Shown in pieces: positions 12,297-25,671 of a stretch of 64,000 bases of DNA. The notes beneath the pieces are model-generated. The model saw only the letters and a program-made list of their open reading frames with translations, searched no databases and was not told the DNA's origin. The first letter of the stretch is position 1; the number at the start of each line of letters is the position of its first letter. Origin of the DNA: Geosiphon pyriformis uo1 (Eukaryota > Fungi > Glomeromycota); assembly GCA_016748015.1 (NCBI GenBank), contig JAAOMT010000183.1, forward strand, positions 284,708 to 348,707. The letters run 5' to 3'. The translations under genes were made by a program, and so were the position numbers.

Positions 12297-14286
12297 ATGA
12301 ACACCAATGAAAAAAACACGCTAGCTAAAAACCAATTTGAAGAGGAAAATACTCGCCAAGAAAAAATTTCAGTTATCGTATCGGATGGCGTGTCTAGCAT
12401 TGGTGATGGATCAAGAAGCTCGCAAGCTTCCTCCACAAGGAGATTGATTCGAGATATTAAAGTCAAGAAACGAATTTACGGTATTAATAAAGTTAAAGTG
12501 CAATCTATTTTCGCAAAAATAAAACTTTTGAGATAATCTCTATCTTTATACCTTCATAGAAACATTTATACAAACCAATAGCGTAATCAATCTCTTTTTA
12601 ACCTTCTCCTCTGTACTTTTATCCTTCTTCACCCGCATACACAAAAACTACTTAACGGTGCTCAGAAAAAATATCTCCTTATTGTGGAAGACTACCCTCG
12701 CCTTCATTTTGTTAAAATGCAAGAAATTCTCCTCTGTACTTTTATCCTTCTTCACCCACATACACAAAAACTACTTAACAGTGCTCGGAAAAAATATCTC
12801 CTTATTGTGGAAGATTACCCTCGCCTCCATTTGGTTAAAATGCAAGAAATTCAAGGCCTACATATTAAACAATTTTTTGAAAGATCTTGGCAAATTCCTT
12901 AAAATGATGGGCAAAGGCCTCTATTTATTAGCTAAGGCCGCCTTATTATTTGTCAAAGGAATCCTCATGTTATTATTTGGGACCATCGAGTTAGTTGCCG
13001 GTATTTTTTCGGTTCTATTGATTTTATTGATATTATATTACATAATTATTGCGGTATGTGAAATTGTTAACGCTTAAATTAAAAAAGTATAATCAGTTTT
13101 TAACAGTCTTTTTATACAGATTCCGCTTTTGATTCATGACCACCAATGCAATATTTTGAAGGCTTCTAACGGCCCTGTAACTCGTTTAATTTACGATCCA
13201 TTAATATTTGAGGACTTGGATATTAGTGCATTTGGTAGTAATTATATCGTGAGTCTTAATAAGCTCGTCTCTTTCAGTATGAAAAAAATTAATATTTTAA
13301 AGTAAATTCTATGCTTTTCTTGATTAGAACCGAAATGTTTTTATTTATCAAAATAGCGCAACTACACCAAATATCAAAGTTGATTTTCAATCGATTACAC
13401 TTCAAAAAAAGGCCATCGAACATACACTTTCTCAAGGTAGAGATGCACAGAGATTAAATTTTGTAAGTAAATTTTATCAAACGCATTTAAATATTAACTA
13501 AATATCTAATAAGACTTTTAAATAACGCTTACACAAGTATTATCCAAGCAGTTCGGGCTTTTGGAAGTTTCTAAGTGTAGATAGATTAATAGGTAGATGT
13601 GCAAGCATTAACATAGATATTCACCTTCCAAATAAGCTAAAAGACCCTCAAAAAACGATAACAAATTTGAACATCAAAAATTTCAATGTAAATATAATGG
13701 AAAACTTTGCAATCTATAATCATTCGGGACTAAATATTAAGGCAATTAATGGAAATATCAAGGTTTATGTAAATATTAAAAATTTTATAGTAAATTATTA
13801 GAATTCACTTTCTAACGAATGACTTAATTAAATTAGGACTTATCAGCTAGTTCGGTCTCTTTATCCACAGAGCAAGGTGGAAATATAACTGGAAGCATCG
13901 CTGAAATCCAAGATAAATTATACGCAAGCACTAGCAAAGAAAATTCTATTAGCCTTATTATTAAATCCATTACTGGTAAAGAATCCCCTAGAATAACAGC
14001 TAAAACAGAGAGAGGAGGTATATCGTTGATTTTTGTAGGTGATATTCCATTTTTATAAAATTATTTTACATGTTCCTCATAATTAAAATTTAAAAATCCT
14101 TCGTAGGATAACCATACTTTTTCGGGTATTTATAATCTAACCACAAACAAGGGTAATATTACTATAAATTCTCAAAAGCAAGATACCAAAAGAACATCTG
14201 GAACTGTTTATGGAGTAGGAATTAAAAATCTTAATGCAAGCTTAATAGCAAATTCGGTTAGCGGTAATATAAAAATTAAATTATAA
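12297..14286 (+). CDS. Membrane-anchored protein with a C-terminal DUF4097/putative-adhesin-like beta-strand repeat domain
   Basis: Exons splice in frame after a hydrophobic segment ending at 13053: 13120-13248 (IPLLIHDHQC...), 13328-13462, 13538-13762 (...RCASINIDIHLP...INGNIK), about 13838-14034, and about 14107-14286 (...ANSVSGNIKIKL*). The GNI/GNV strand motifs are typical of the family. Joining exon 1 needs a 52-nt intron at 12481-12532 with a weak GAG acceptor, or a frameshift. Confidence 0.7.
12604..12849 (+). repeat. In-frame tandem duplication, 2 x 123 nt (41 aa)
   Basis: TTCTCCTCTGTACTTTTATCCTTCTTCACCC... starts at both 12604 and 12727. Confidence 0.92.
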
Positions 14287-15319
14287 TCTCCTTATTTCTT
14301 AACTTTTGTATTGAGTTTTCCTTTGTAATTTTTTTTTAAATATTTTGTTGTATTTATTCATATGGTTATTATTATAAATTTTTTCGTTTTCAAATGCTTT
14401 ATGGGTTTGCTTAACTTTTTCAATATTTGAAAATTAGAAAAATATATCAGACTTCGTTCGAATTTCAATGAAATATTCATTTGTCCACTATAAAAATATA
14501 TAACTAAATTTTTACTTTGAAATAGGTTTGCAAAAGATATTTAATCTATTTACGTTTGTTTTCAAACCTGTCTGCAAGAAAGCAAAAAATTGAATGGTTT
14601 ATTTTTTTATGAAAAGTTTTATAAGGAATTTTCAAGGGGAAATCAATAATTAAAATCTTAGTCCATAATTATGAATATATCTTAAAAAGAATTACTTAAT
14701 CTTTATTTAATGAAACAATTAATTTCACCACTATGCGAAATTATGTTGCAAATGTTACATGTATTTAAAAAAAATAAAGCATAAACTTTATTAATGGAAA
14801 ACAAATGTTTAGCTATAGGTTGGATAAAAATTTCTTTTTAAAACTTATTTTAGCATCGAGTCAATAAATTGAAGAATTATTTCTAATGGAATAACATTTC
14901 ATTCAATAAAGACTGCCTCTTCCAAGTCAGCTCTGTTTGTGGCTTTGGGTTTTCGTGAATCCAATTTTTAAATTTCCCCCAAATATTTCGATTAGACCAA
15001 AGGTCTAGCGATTTTGGGAGCCATTTTGAAGTCATAATTTCAAGATTATCTTGGAGTTCTTTCACAAGCTTGCACTTGTGAATTGGATCTATATGCTTCA
15101 CCAGATATACGTGAGAGGGTACATCTCCATACCATGATAGATTTTACGTTCCCTTTTGACGGTTTTTCGTGTATGATCAGGGTTATGAAGTTCACTTTTT
15201 ATAACAGCATGCACGAAATTTTCCCTAAGAATTGATGCAATCTCTAAAAATCTTAATCGTCTTTAGAAAATCATCCTAATTTTGTGTCACCCGTCTGTAC
15301 TTAAAAGTATAAGAAGCAT

Positions 15320-15556
15320 TGAGTGTTCCTGATAATCAATTTGAAATTGAAATCAACTAAGAAAATCCCACAAAAATTTGCCGACGTTATTTCCGAAAAC
15401 CTTAAACTTTTGAAGTTGATCATTTTTTACCAACAGCGAAAGCCCCACTGCTGAAAATCCTTAAAAAAAACCTGAACCTGACATCATTAAATATTTTCCT
15501 GATGATCTCGAAGACGAGTGCATCCATGTCACTATAGAGCCATCTGCTTCCACTGA
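15320..15556 (+). pseudogene. Crinkler (CRN)-type N-terminal domain relic
   Basis: Fragments FEIEIN*, KFADVISENLKLLKL and PEPDIIKYFPDDLEDECIHVTIEPSAST match the CRN LxLWKV and IHVLVEPP motifs; interrupted by a stop and frameshifts. Confidence 0.7.
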
Positions 15557-17480
15557 TAGATAATCTCTTTACCTCTGGCTTAGCTTTTTAGTGTTTATTG
15601 AGAAAAGGCTTCATAATTCGCTTTTTAACTTTGTTAACGTCAGTTTATAGTGGACAGAAAAGTTCCCGCTTCTACGTGAGAGTGGCGCAAACAGATTATT
15701 CAGTGACAAAGCATTCGCAATCCCAGACTTCCAAAGTCTCTTTGTAAACATGATTTCTTTAAACATCATAACTGGTGCTGATTAGCTGATGAGCAAATAA
15801 ACTTGGCAGCTTAAGAAATATCAAAATTTAGCTGAAACTAAAAATATATAACATTGCTATACAATTATTTTTATTAGCCTTGCAAAAATATTAAATATAC
15901 CAATTTTAAATAATATGTTTAAATTTTTTGTTTCATCCATAACTTTGGTAACTTTCTATTCATAGAATATGACAATAATTTTTATATGAGTCATAAATAT
16001 TAATTCTTAAGTGTTTGTAATAAAAATGATTACTTAAAGTTATTTTCGGCAATAAATATGGTCAAAGATTAAATCTAAACAGAAAATGTGATATTGTAGA
16101 GTCATATTCCTCCCATACGGATTCTTCCAAATTTCCGTGAGAGGCCTTTTTGCTATTAAAAACAAATTAGGCTGGTAATTCTGACGCTTACTCGAAAATT
16201 TGTTCACATTAAATGTATACTTTAAAGAAAATCTTTTAATGCATTATCCAATTTGCTAGTAATCCCAGTTAAAATTTTATCATTGAGCAGAAACTGGTTT
16301 ATCAAAATTTTAATTTCAATTTGATTTCGCATACCCAATTCATGTGCTTCAAATTTCTCATATCACAATCTTCTTTACAAAAGAGGGACTCGTTAGTAAG
16401 CAATTAACTCTTAAGAAGGGTTGATTTTAAAATTCCTTAACTATATCTGCAATTGAATCGATATATATCTGTGTAGGGCAACTGAAAAGTTCAATAAGAT
16501 GGCATGTATAGAAAAAATTCCAGATTATTAGCAATCTGTTTTAGGGGAAGATTTTCGTGTAAAATGCCTAATATACTAAAGACAGGCTGACCGCTGACCA
16601 AAGGCATTTCCAAAAAAGATTGTGGCAGATAAAAATTATTATGATCCATATCTTTTCTAACTGGAAAAATTTATATACGGGAATCCAATAATACAGTGAG
16701 AAAATAACTATTGCTGGCAGGTTAATATCTTTATATCACAATCATAAGCTTGATTTGCATATTTCAGCTTAGACTTTACCTTATCTGGTCATTAAGATGA
16801 ATAAAGTTACAGCCAAAATTTCCTTCTGAAAAACCGGATGAACGTCCCTGGAAAAAAAATTTCACTGGAAGGCTAGCATTGCGGGACTGACACGTTTTGG
16901 GAGCTTTCTAATCAAATTTTATTTCCAAAAATATTAGGTAATCCTTATTTCTCTACGTCACAATGAGGAGATTGACCTCTCCTCGTGATATCACTAAAAA
17001 TCTTTCAATCAGTCGCTGGAAAAAAATCCTTGGTTGATGAATCGTGGCACCCCAGATCTGGAGCTGCGCTAAAAACAAACTTTTACGCCAAACCCGAAAA
17101 AATTTTTGTTGTACTTTGATGCTAATTGTTGATGATACCTCGATGTAAATAGATATTACCACGTTATGTGGTGGCATAGTGCATATTGAATTTGCGAAAA
17201 TCAATCAAACATGACAATGTGATTCAAATTATCGGATCACTCGTCATCATTTTCTTGGTTATTTATAATTTTTGGCAGAAGCTTACTTGCTTATTGATCG
17301 AACCCCTTCATTAAGATTTCAACAAGATTCCAGGATCACTTAAGACTTTTCAATCCTTCAAGATTTGAAGCTTTACCCTGTGAAAAATCAAGCTTTTATT
17401 GGAAAATACATACTCTTTCGGAATTCATTATAGCTGAAAAAAAAACTACACAGAAGATTTACGTTCAACTCAATAACCCG

Positions 17481-18185
17481 ATGTTTAATACTGGTGAAAA
17501 TTGGCGAGCAGAAATTTGTAGCATATTAGTAAGAAGGACCCATTATTTAAAACAAATGATCAAAAACTATGGGTCTCAAATTTACAAAGGTGTCACCCAG
17601 GTACAAAATCCAAGTTCATTACAAATTCGATGGCACTGTAAATATCTATACGAAGGTTGGGTTACTACCATGAAGTCAATGAACATCAATTTATGTCGAC
17701 AACCAAATTCGTGGACAACTGAAGAGATCAATATCTGGATCTGGCTCACGAAATATATTCGGGCTCTGCTAGGCACGGCAATGAACGTCTTTTCATGGAC
17801 TGCTCAAACAGCAGACCCGACTTTCCTGACTGATCTTGATGAATGGGAATCAGAGCTCATCCGACTCACTCTAATCCCTAATAAAATCGCGTTTTCTTCG
17901 ATATTTCCACCTGATATGCAGCAACAATATAACAACATATCGAGTAATCCTTATACTGAAGTTCATGATTGTATACCTTCAGAATTTTACAATCATTGGG
18001 GAGTATGGATATATAATGAAGGGAGGTCTTCTTTATCATCCTTCCGAAATCGACCCTTAAATCCGGTTGAATTCTTGGATCGGCAAGAATTTGGAAGAAT
18101 AATTGAACAGGAAAACGAAACAACAAGGAACACCCTGAATATAATTGAGCTTGGTATGATTTCAAACCCAAATGCTTCTCTCTGA
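17481..18185 (+). CDS. Intronless 234-aa hypothetical protein
   Basis: Long uninterrupted ORF in AT-rich DNA with globular-looking composition (10 Trp). No motif recognised. Confidence 0.6.
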   Translation: MFNTGENWRAEICSILVRRTHYLKQMIKNYGSQIYKGVTQVQNPSSLQIRWHCKYLYEGWVTTMKSMNINLCRQPNSWTTEEINIWIWLTKYIRALLGTAMNVFSWTAQTADPTFLTDLDEWESELIRLTLIPNKIAFSSIFPPDMQQQYNNISSNPYTEVHDCIPSEFYNHWGVWIYNEGRSSLSSFRNRPLNPVEFLDRQEFGRIIEQENETTRNTLNIIELGMISNPNASL

Positions 18186-20274
18186 ATTCTGGAGAGTCAA
18201 AGAAGGATCATTGATTCCGTCAAATTTAAGGGAGGAACTATTATGAAGTTTGATCGGCAGCTCTTTGATATACGTGGGAGAAGCTTGCAAGTATTTTTAA
18301 CTTTAAAGATTCTTGAAATACTCCTTAAGGTGTGAATAAAAGTATAGCATGTATTATCAGTTAGCATTTATTAGTGCAACAAAGGTCTTGATAAAATTCC
18401 AAATTTAATCTTGCCTGCATCCTTAATTGGGATGACCAAAATTTCAGCGTGATCAAGAAAGCCTTTTTGATCTTAATAATCTGCTCTAATTAAATTCGAT
18501 AGTTTTAACCGACACCATAATTAATATAAATATTCCAAGGTTTTATTTTTAGCTGTGAAGGGGATTTGACACTGGGCCTATTTTCCATGAAATCTCCATG
18601 TTTCTTGCCTTTAGATTCAGTCATTCTCGGTGATAGTGGACCCTGATTCAATCTGATAAATTTTGCCTCATTTTTCAAAGGTTGATGGTAAATTCAATCC
18701 TAGAGAGGGGCTCCCTAATTGGAATAACAGTCTTTCAATCACGAATTAGATAAAATTTTCAATTTTCTTGGGGATTCAAAGTTTGCCATTTGACATCAAT
18801 TTGGTTTATGGCTTAAGTTTGACCAAATTCTCATGTCTATCAGCTACCAGTTGCACAACAGAGTCAAAAACAAATTTTGGGTTCTTTTGGAAGAGCTTTT
18901 TATTCTAGAATACAATCAAATTATTCATAGATTGATTTTTTCAAAAAATTTTATGCAGAAAAAAATTTTACGTTGTTTTTAATGCTTATACTCTGCTTCT
19001 CATCAAAACCTTGAAAAGATATATCGATTATAATAAAATTTGTGAAAAACCCAAAAGTATTTCTTGAGTTATGAAGAAAAAATGGGATAAAATGGTTGGT
19101 TTAATTTAAAAAGTTATCTAAACACTCGATTTGAATCAAAGCTAAAAGTATATCTTTACATATTTTTAAACACATTTAGCATTTCTTGAAAAGGATGGCA
19201 TACAATAATGAAGTTTTTGAGTTTGAAAAAAAAAGACTGCGATCAACATTTGAAATTCAAAAAAGATAAAATAGGTAATTTATCTCAAAGTAAAGATCTA
19301 TGAATAATTAAAATTACTAATTATTTATTTGTTTATAATTAATTTATGATATGATTGTCTTTACTAGTATTTTACTTGGGATTGGATGCAAGGGGGAACC
19401 CTGAAAAGCAACAAGGTTAGTAGTAATACCTAAACTAGTGGTAAACGCATTTACACCACTTTCTTGATCAAAGAGGTTCTATCACCTTCTACACTATTCT
19501 ATCGTTTTCGCCAGGGGGGGCGGGGGGTTAAAGTATGGAATAAATGTGTAAAGCGACTCGTGACAAAAAAATGCTGATTATTAGTTTGTAAAACAAATTG
19601 GCAATAAAATATACATTAAAAAATCGATATTTTAAAAATATAAAGATTAAAAAAATATTGATAATGCTAAATAATGCTGATTTATTGTTTCATAAAAAAT
19701 TCTAAGATCTAATTTAATCATTGAGTATTAAAAAAATAGTTTAATTAATATTTCAATCGATTAATTAATAGGTAAAATAAATTTAAATTTAAAAGTGCAT
19801 AATACTAATGACTAGCCAATCACTTTTGATATTTATTAATAAACCAATATCTTTTTTCAAATAAAATATCACTAATAGTATATCATTATCATTAAACAAA
19901 ATCAATTCCGGATCAATTTGACTTTTAAAAATGACACTTTTGATAATAAATCTGTTAAATGATAAATTAATATTATAAAAATAAGAAATATATATATATA
20001 TTTAAAATTTGAGTTAGATTAACTTCATAAGATTATAAGATTTAATCTAATTTACTTTAGGAATCGTCGGTTAGAAAATTTTTAATTTGGTTAACAACAA
20101 CCTTCTTGCTTTCCAAATTTCGCTACGTAATAATTTACAATCAATTTAATCTCCAGACTACCAGCACTACGAACGACCATAACGGTATTTGTAACACTAA
20201 AAGTGGAAAATATACCAATGAGAAAAGATCAAAATTATCAAAGTAAAATAATACAATAAAGTTTTCTAGATTTA

Positions 20275-20688
20275 TTTAAGAGTAATGACAGCTTCAATTC
20301 GGCGAGGCATAGAGCTAATCAATTTTCGATATATTTTTGTGCTTTGGACTGGTTAAAATTTGAGGTTGTCCTAATTGTTTTGGAGAAGTTTTTTTGTGTC
20401 AAAACTCGGTAAATAATTTGTTTAAGACATGGAATAAGATTTTTACACGCAAAAATGCCATGTTATTGATTATAATTAATTTTTTTTATCTATTGCATCC
20501 AACAAGATACGGTAAATACTAATTTTTTTCTCTCTTAAACCCTAGCAAATTAGTCAAAATAAAAGCATTTTTTTATTTAATAATTAGGACGCCTTTATAT
20601 TAACGCCTTTATTTCGCGAATAAATAATAAAAATATTGCCCAAAAACTTGTAAATAATTATTCTTAACTTTTGTCACCCCCCTCTGTA
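20275..20688 (-). mobile_element. Tc1/mariner remnant, internally deleted
   Basis: Minus strand about 20340-20278 reads IYRKLISSMPRRIEAVITL, the Tc1 transposase C-terminal SMPRR motif. A TIR-like TA-CAGAGGGGGTGACAAAAG lies at about 20689-20668, and a similar end is at 15280-15299. Confidence 0.65.
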
Positions 20689-22332
20689 CACCAATAACGT
20701 TATCAAATTATTAGTAAATTTGAGGTTTTAAACCAATAAAAAACTGAAGAACAGTTTTTTAAAAGTATTTTTTAATTAATATTAATGCAATATGGTGAAA
20801 TCTATAATGGATAACTTATTCAAATATATAATTAGGAAAAAAGATTTTGATCTAAAAAAGATAAAAATAGAATAAACAATAATCATTAAAAGTAAAATTA
20901 AATATTTATCAAAATTAAAAATATTCTAATGTATAAATTAATTGGATAATATTAGGATTATAATTTAACACATTTAATAATCCATGGATTTCTTTAATCC
21001 ATTCATTTAATCAAATCAAATCAAATCAAAATGAGGCAAAGAAAAATGATTGATATTCTTGGCTTTGTTCTTTTAATATACTGTTGACCTAAACATGTGA
21101 AAAAAAATCCTTTAACATCGACTTTGATCTGGGGATAAATAATTCTTACTAAAACACATTATGCAACAATTTTATTTCTCGGCATGTGAAAATGTGGTCA
21201 CAATATTTATTTTATGTAAGTTATAATGCGAACTCAGCTTGAGATAGCATCATAGATTTGAAAGAATTAAAAAAAATGATAAAGAACCATTCAAAACCCT
21301 TAATTTTTATTATTTAAAATTAAAAACTATTGATTATTACAATTAAAGTATTAGGTTTTTCAAAGATCAGAAACATATTTTGTCACGGCCATAATTGAAC
21401 GTTGTAAATCTAACTGTTTCTTTTTTATTAAGTCAAATTCGGATCATTATAATAAAGAAAAGGATTCCCTGTTATTTCTCTTCAAGATTGATTGTAAAAA
21501 CATTTACCTTTAAGGGGATATTCTCATTTAATACTTTCTATTACATACTCTTAAAAACTCAAAACTTATTTTCACAAGAGAAATCTATTTTTGCATCATT
21601 TTATATCTCTCTTGAGCTTTTTTATCAACGCTTATTTTTAATTTTAAAAAGTAGCAAGAATCAAACTCAAAAAATATCAAAAGTGATCAATCTCATTTAG
21701 GCAAATTACATAAAGCTTTGTATTTTATAGTATAAGACGTTAATGAGACAATAATAATAATAATAATAATTTGGTTCCCAATCTTCTTAATCTTAGCCAA
21801 AGAATTTTTTAAGGTATTTAAATTATTAATATTAAAATATAAAATATATTTATAAAATCAAAAGAAACAAATTTATAATTTGAAAAATTATTTGTCCGGT
21901 ATTTGAAAAAAGATCAGTTTCATGGCAACCTATTCAACTATAAAGTATATCTCTTCGATGTCTTTGATTGCAATCAAAAAACTGTAATTTTCAGCTCATT
22001 AATTAAATGAGGTTAGACTAATTCTCTCCCAATATGTTTTCGACACCCTATTTTTCAAGTTAATTTTTCTTTTAAAAAGCATTCCACCATTAGGCTCAAA
22101 GTTTTTGAAGCGATTAATGCCACAAAAAACTTGCTAATATATTAGCTGAAAGTATTATGGCATTCTAGGTAGGGTTGTTTGAAATATTTAATTTAAAAAT
22201 AAATTTCTACTAGCAATCTATTACTTTATGTCGGGGACTAAAATGTGATGAATGATGATGAAATTATGCAATAAACCTTAAGAGATCTGCGACTAACAAA
22301 TTGTTAGAATCCAAAACCGCAGATTTTCAAGA

Positions 22333-23106
22333 ATGATTTCTTCACTTAAATTTTTTTGCCGTTTAAAGTATACGAAATCTTATCCCTTGCTTTATGACTT
22401 TAAAGAAAATATTAAATTTACCTCCGGTCACCCAAGATACTACACCTTTCAGGTAAATGATAGAATTGAGGCAAAGTGGAAACGACAGAATGGTTCATTT
22501 TTCGAAAATGAATCAGTCGCAAACATAGGTTGTCATTTAAATTCCCATTCCAATGAGATTCATCAAAATGAGCCCCATAGCGGATCACAACAATGGACCA
22601 AAGAGGAAGAAGAAAAATTACAGGAAGCCGTGAAAAAATTTGGTAGACAATGGAAAACTATTTCTGCTGATATTTTCGGCTCTTCGAGAACTAGGGATTC
22701 GTTAAAAAAAAAACATATCAGCCTTTCAAAGAAAGACCGTGAGGAATTCAACCTTAACGAAAGGGAAAACCATACAGAAAATGTGACTTCGCGTCCAAGT
22801 AAATATATATACTCTTTTAGTGATTCTTATCAATTTTCTATCTCACCTAAATCTATTCTTTTAAAAGAGGTCCTACCCAATGAGAGGAATCAAACAGAAT
22901 CAAAATTTCACAAAATCAATCAAGATACTTCCTTTGTCCCTCCAAACCACAGGCCATCCAAATTTTACAAATATATTGCAGCTCGTAAGCAGAAAGAACT
23001 ACCCAACTATGTCAATCTTGAGGCAATAAACCAGAAGAGAAAACTGACACGTTGGCTATTCAAAAAAGGGAAAAAATCAACATCTCGCATAGCCCATGTC
23101 ATTTGA
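22333..23106 (+). CDS. Single-Myb-repeat protein with presequence-like leader; C-terminus may be truncated
   Basis: WTKEEEEKLQEAVKKFGRQWKTISADIFGSSRTRDSLKKKH; leader ends in RYY|T. Confidence 0.75.
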   Translation: MISSLKFFCRLKYTKSYPLLYDFKENIKFTSGHPRYYTFQVNDRIEAKWKRQNGSFFENESVANIGCHLNSHSNEIHQNEPHSGSQQWTKEEEEKLQEAVKKFGRQWKTISADIFGSSRTRDSLKKKHISLSKKDREEFNLNERENHTENVTSRPSKYIYSFSDSYQFSISPKSILLKEVLPNERNQTESKFHKINQDTSFVPPNHRPSKFYKYIAARKQKELPNYVNLEAINQKRKLTRWLFKKGKKSTSRIAHVI

Positions 23107-23724
23107 CTATGAAATATATAACGACGGAAATCCTTGAAATTCAGTAAAGTAACTATTTAGTAAATTTATTTCAGATTTCTTGAGTATTGAAGAAACTTTT
23201 CAAAATAGCCAATACATAATATGCTCAATTACCGTGATAGGGCTACTCAGAAAACCTCAGTGCCTATGCGAGAGATCTATAATTGATTTTAGGGTTAAGT
23301 CTATTTAATATATGGGTTTAATTTGGAGTGATCTTTAAAAAAAAATCTAGTTTATTTGACAAATAGTCTGTTGATTTATTATTCAGAAGCTTCCCTTGCA
23401 ATAATTGCCAAACTTCTTCACGGGATCTGTCAGTCTTTTATGACCATCTTACTCTTCGAGTTTAAAATTATTTATTGAAAAAAATAATTATTTGGAAACA
23501 ATTTTTTGTGACTACCCTTAACCGAACTCGTTTTGCTAATGGTACTTTTCCTGTTCAATCCGGAATCAGTTATTTGAGTGGAAAGTGACAATATCTTCCT
23601 GAAAACGATCTATCAAAGGGATTTTTAATCAACAAATCAGCATTTTATATCTCTATCTGTTGGGGCATTGAAACAATCAAGGTTTTCATGTTAATTTCCT
23701 ACCAATCGTGCGAATCACATCACT

Positions 23725-23780
23725 CACGATCTTAATTGAATAACATTTCCCACGATCTTATTGAATAACATTTCCCACGA
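23725..23780. repeat. 25-26 bp tandem duplication in the reductase promoter
   Basis: CACGATCTTA(A)TTGAATAACATTTCC occurs twice, followed by CACGA. Confidence 0.8.
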
Positions 23781-23888
23781 AAATGTGAAATAAAAAAATC
23801 GATTTTCAATCTTTTTAATTTACACAATTTCTTGTCTTTGTCGATACCAAACTCGCTTTATCGATATCAAAATCGAGTTGCTATTATC

Positions 23889-25671
23889 ATGTCGGTCTCC
23901 CAAAAAGTTTTGCAGTCGATACAAGGTAAAATTGAAGGAAAGGACAAGTGTCCTTGCAAGAAAGAGGCTTTGAATTTGGTCCATATTCTATTTCATTTGC
24001 CAGAGAATTCTACATTTTATTATTTGTATTTCTTTGCGAAAATACTAATACTGATATGCTTATTCTTTAATTTATTCCCAATATCAATAAAAAATATATT
24101 GATCTAAAGAAAATAACACGGCGGTAATCGCAGCCGCTTTCTTCACCCTCCTCGGCGCGTCAGTAGCCGCAAGCAAAGTATTCAGCTTGTTGAAATTGGT
24201 TTTTGATATTTTCATCCGCCCTGGAAAGAGCGTAAGTATTTGTCCTGATAATTCGAAAATTATTGGGCGCGTGTTCATTCACAAGAAGAAAATCTGTGCA
24301 ACATCAAATTGTTTTACTTTGAGAAATTGTCAATCCAATCAAATAAATTTAAACAGCTAAAAAGTTTCGGCGCTGGTAAAGGTGCATGGGCTAGTAAGTT
24401 TTCCCTTTTATTTTTATTATCTAAATCTTAATTTTGAAGTTTCACATTTAAAAAATATATCTTGAATTGCCATTAGTTGTTACGGGTGCTTCTGATGGTA
24501 TCGGCAAGGAATTTGCTTATCAATTAGCTGCGGCAAAATTTAACGTACTCCTGATCTCGCGTACCCAATCAAAGTTGGAGGATATTTCAAAGGAATTGGG
24601 TTCGTTTGAATAGTGTTTTTTTTTTTGAAATATTCGTGTTTAAAACAGCTCAAAGGATATTGACTCGGATCAAAGTCTAATATCTATAATATATATTTTT
24701 TATCGAATCGTGATAAAATATAGAATTGAAAAATGGCGTAGAAACAAAAATATATTCCATGGACTTCACCCAAGGGAATCCACAAGACTATCGAAAGCTA
24801 AAAGATATTATTAATGAACTCGATGTAGGAGTTTTAATTAATAATGTTGCCTCAAATCATTCAATTCCGACGCCATTTGTTTTGGAATCTGAAGAGGTTA
24901 TCCATAATATTGTTGAAACGAATATTGCTGGATTGTTAAAAATTACCAAAATCGTAGCACCTTTGATGTCGGCCAAGTAAAAGCAACGATTCTTTTTTTA
25001 GTGAATTTTTAATCAAAAACTTGAATGTTGAATTAATTTTCTTTTAAAATATAGGCGTCGTGGTCTTATCATTAATATTGGCTCATTTAGTGGATACGTA
25101 CCAACTCCAACTCTCTCAGTCTATTCGGCATCAAAAGCATTCATGAGTACATTTTCAGCAGCGCTTGGCGTCGAACTACAATCTAGTGGAGTCTTAGTTC
25201 AATGTATCAATACTTATTTCGTAGTAAGTAATATATCGGAGGTGAAGAATTCTGAAAGAGGATATTTAAAATTCTAAAATTCATTATATCCATTAATCCA
25301 AGGCCACGGCAATGTCAAAAATCAGACGTTCATCATGGCTAATTCCTTACCCTAAAGCGTATGTGAAGTCCGTCCTCTCCAAAATTGGTGTACCCGGAGG
25401 TGCAGCCGATATTCCTTTTGGATCGAATGCATACCCATCACATGCTCTCGTTAACTGGATCATAGGCAATACGCTAACTACAAATTTTTGGTTGCAAAAA
25501 AACTATGGTAAACTATTGCTCTCTTGATTATTTTGGCATAATACTCTCACCAATTCTTGCTTATTTTTCCTACCATCATTTAAATGGCGGCTCAAAGCCG
25601 TGCATCTTGATATCAGAAAACGTGCTTTACGAAAACGTGAACGTGAAGCCGCCGCTGCCAAAAACCATTAA
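23889..25671 (+). CDS. IFA38: Very-long-chain 3-oxoacyl-CoA reductase (SDR family), multi-exon
   Basis: ATG at 23889 and intron 23926-24109, then an N-terminal TM segment, [33 protein letters not shown], catalytic YSASK, and C-terminal [15 protein letters not shown]; stop at 25669-25671. Confidence 0.93.

Noticed and set aside
19385-19530. Hairpin and G-run (CCAGGGGGGGCGGGGGG) as a possible ncRNA or NUMT
   Set aside because: No diagnostic motif.
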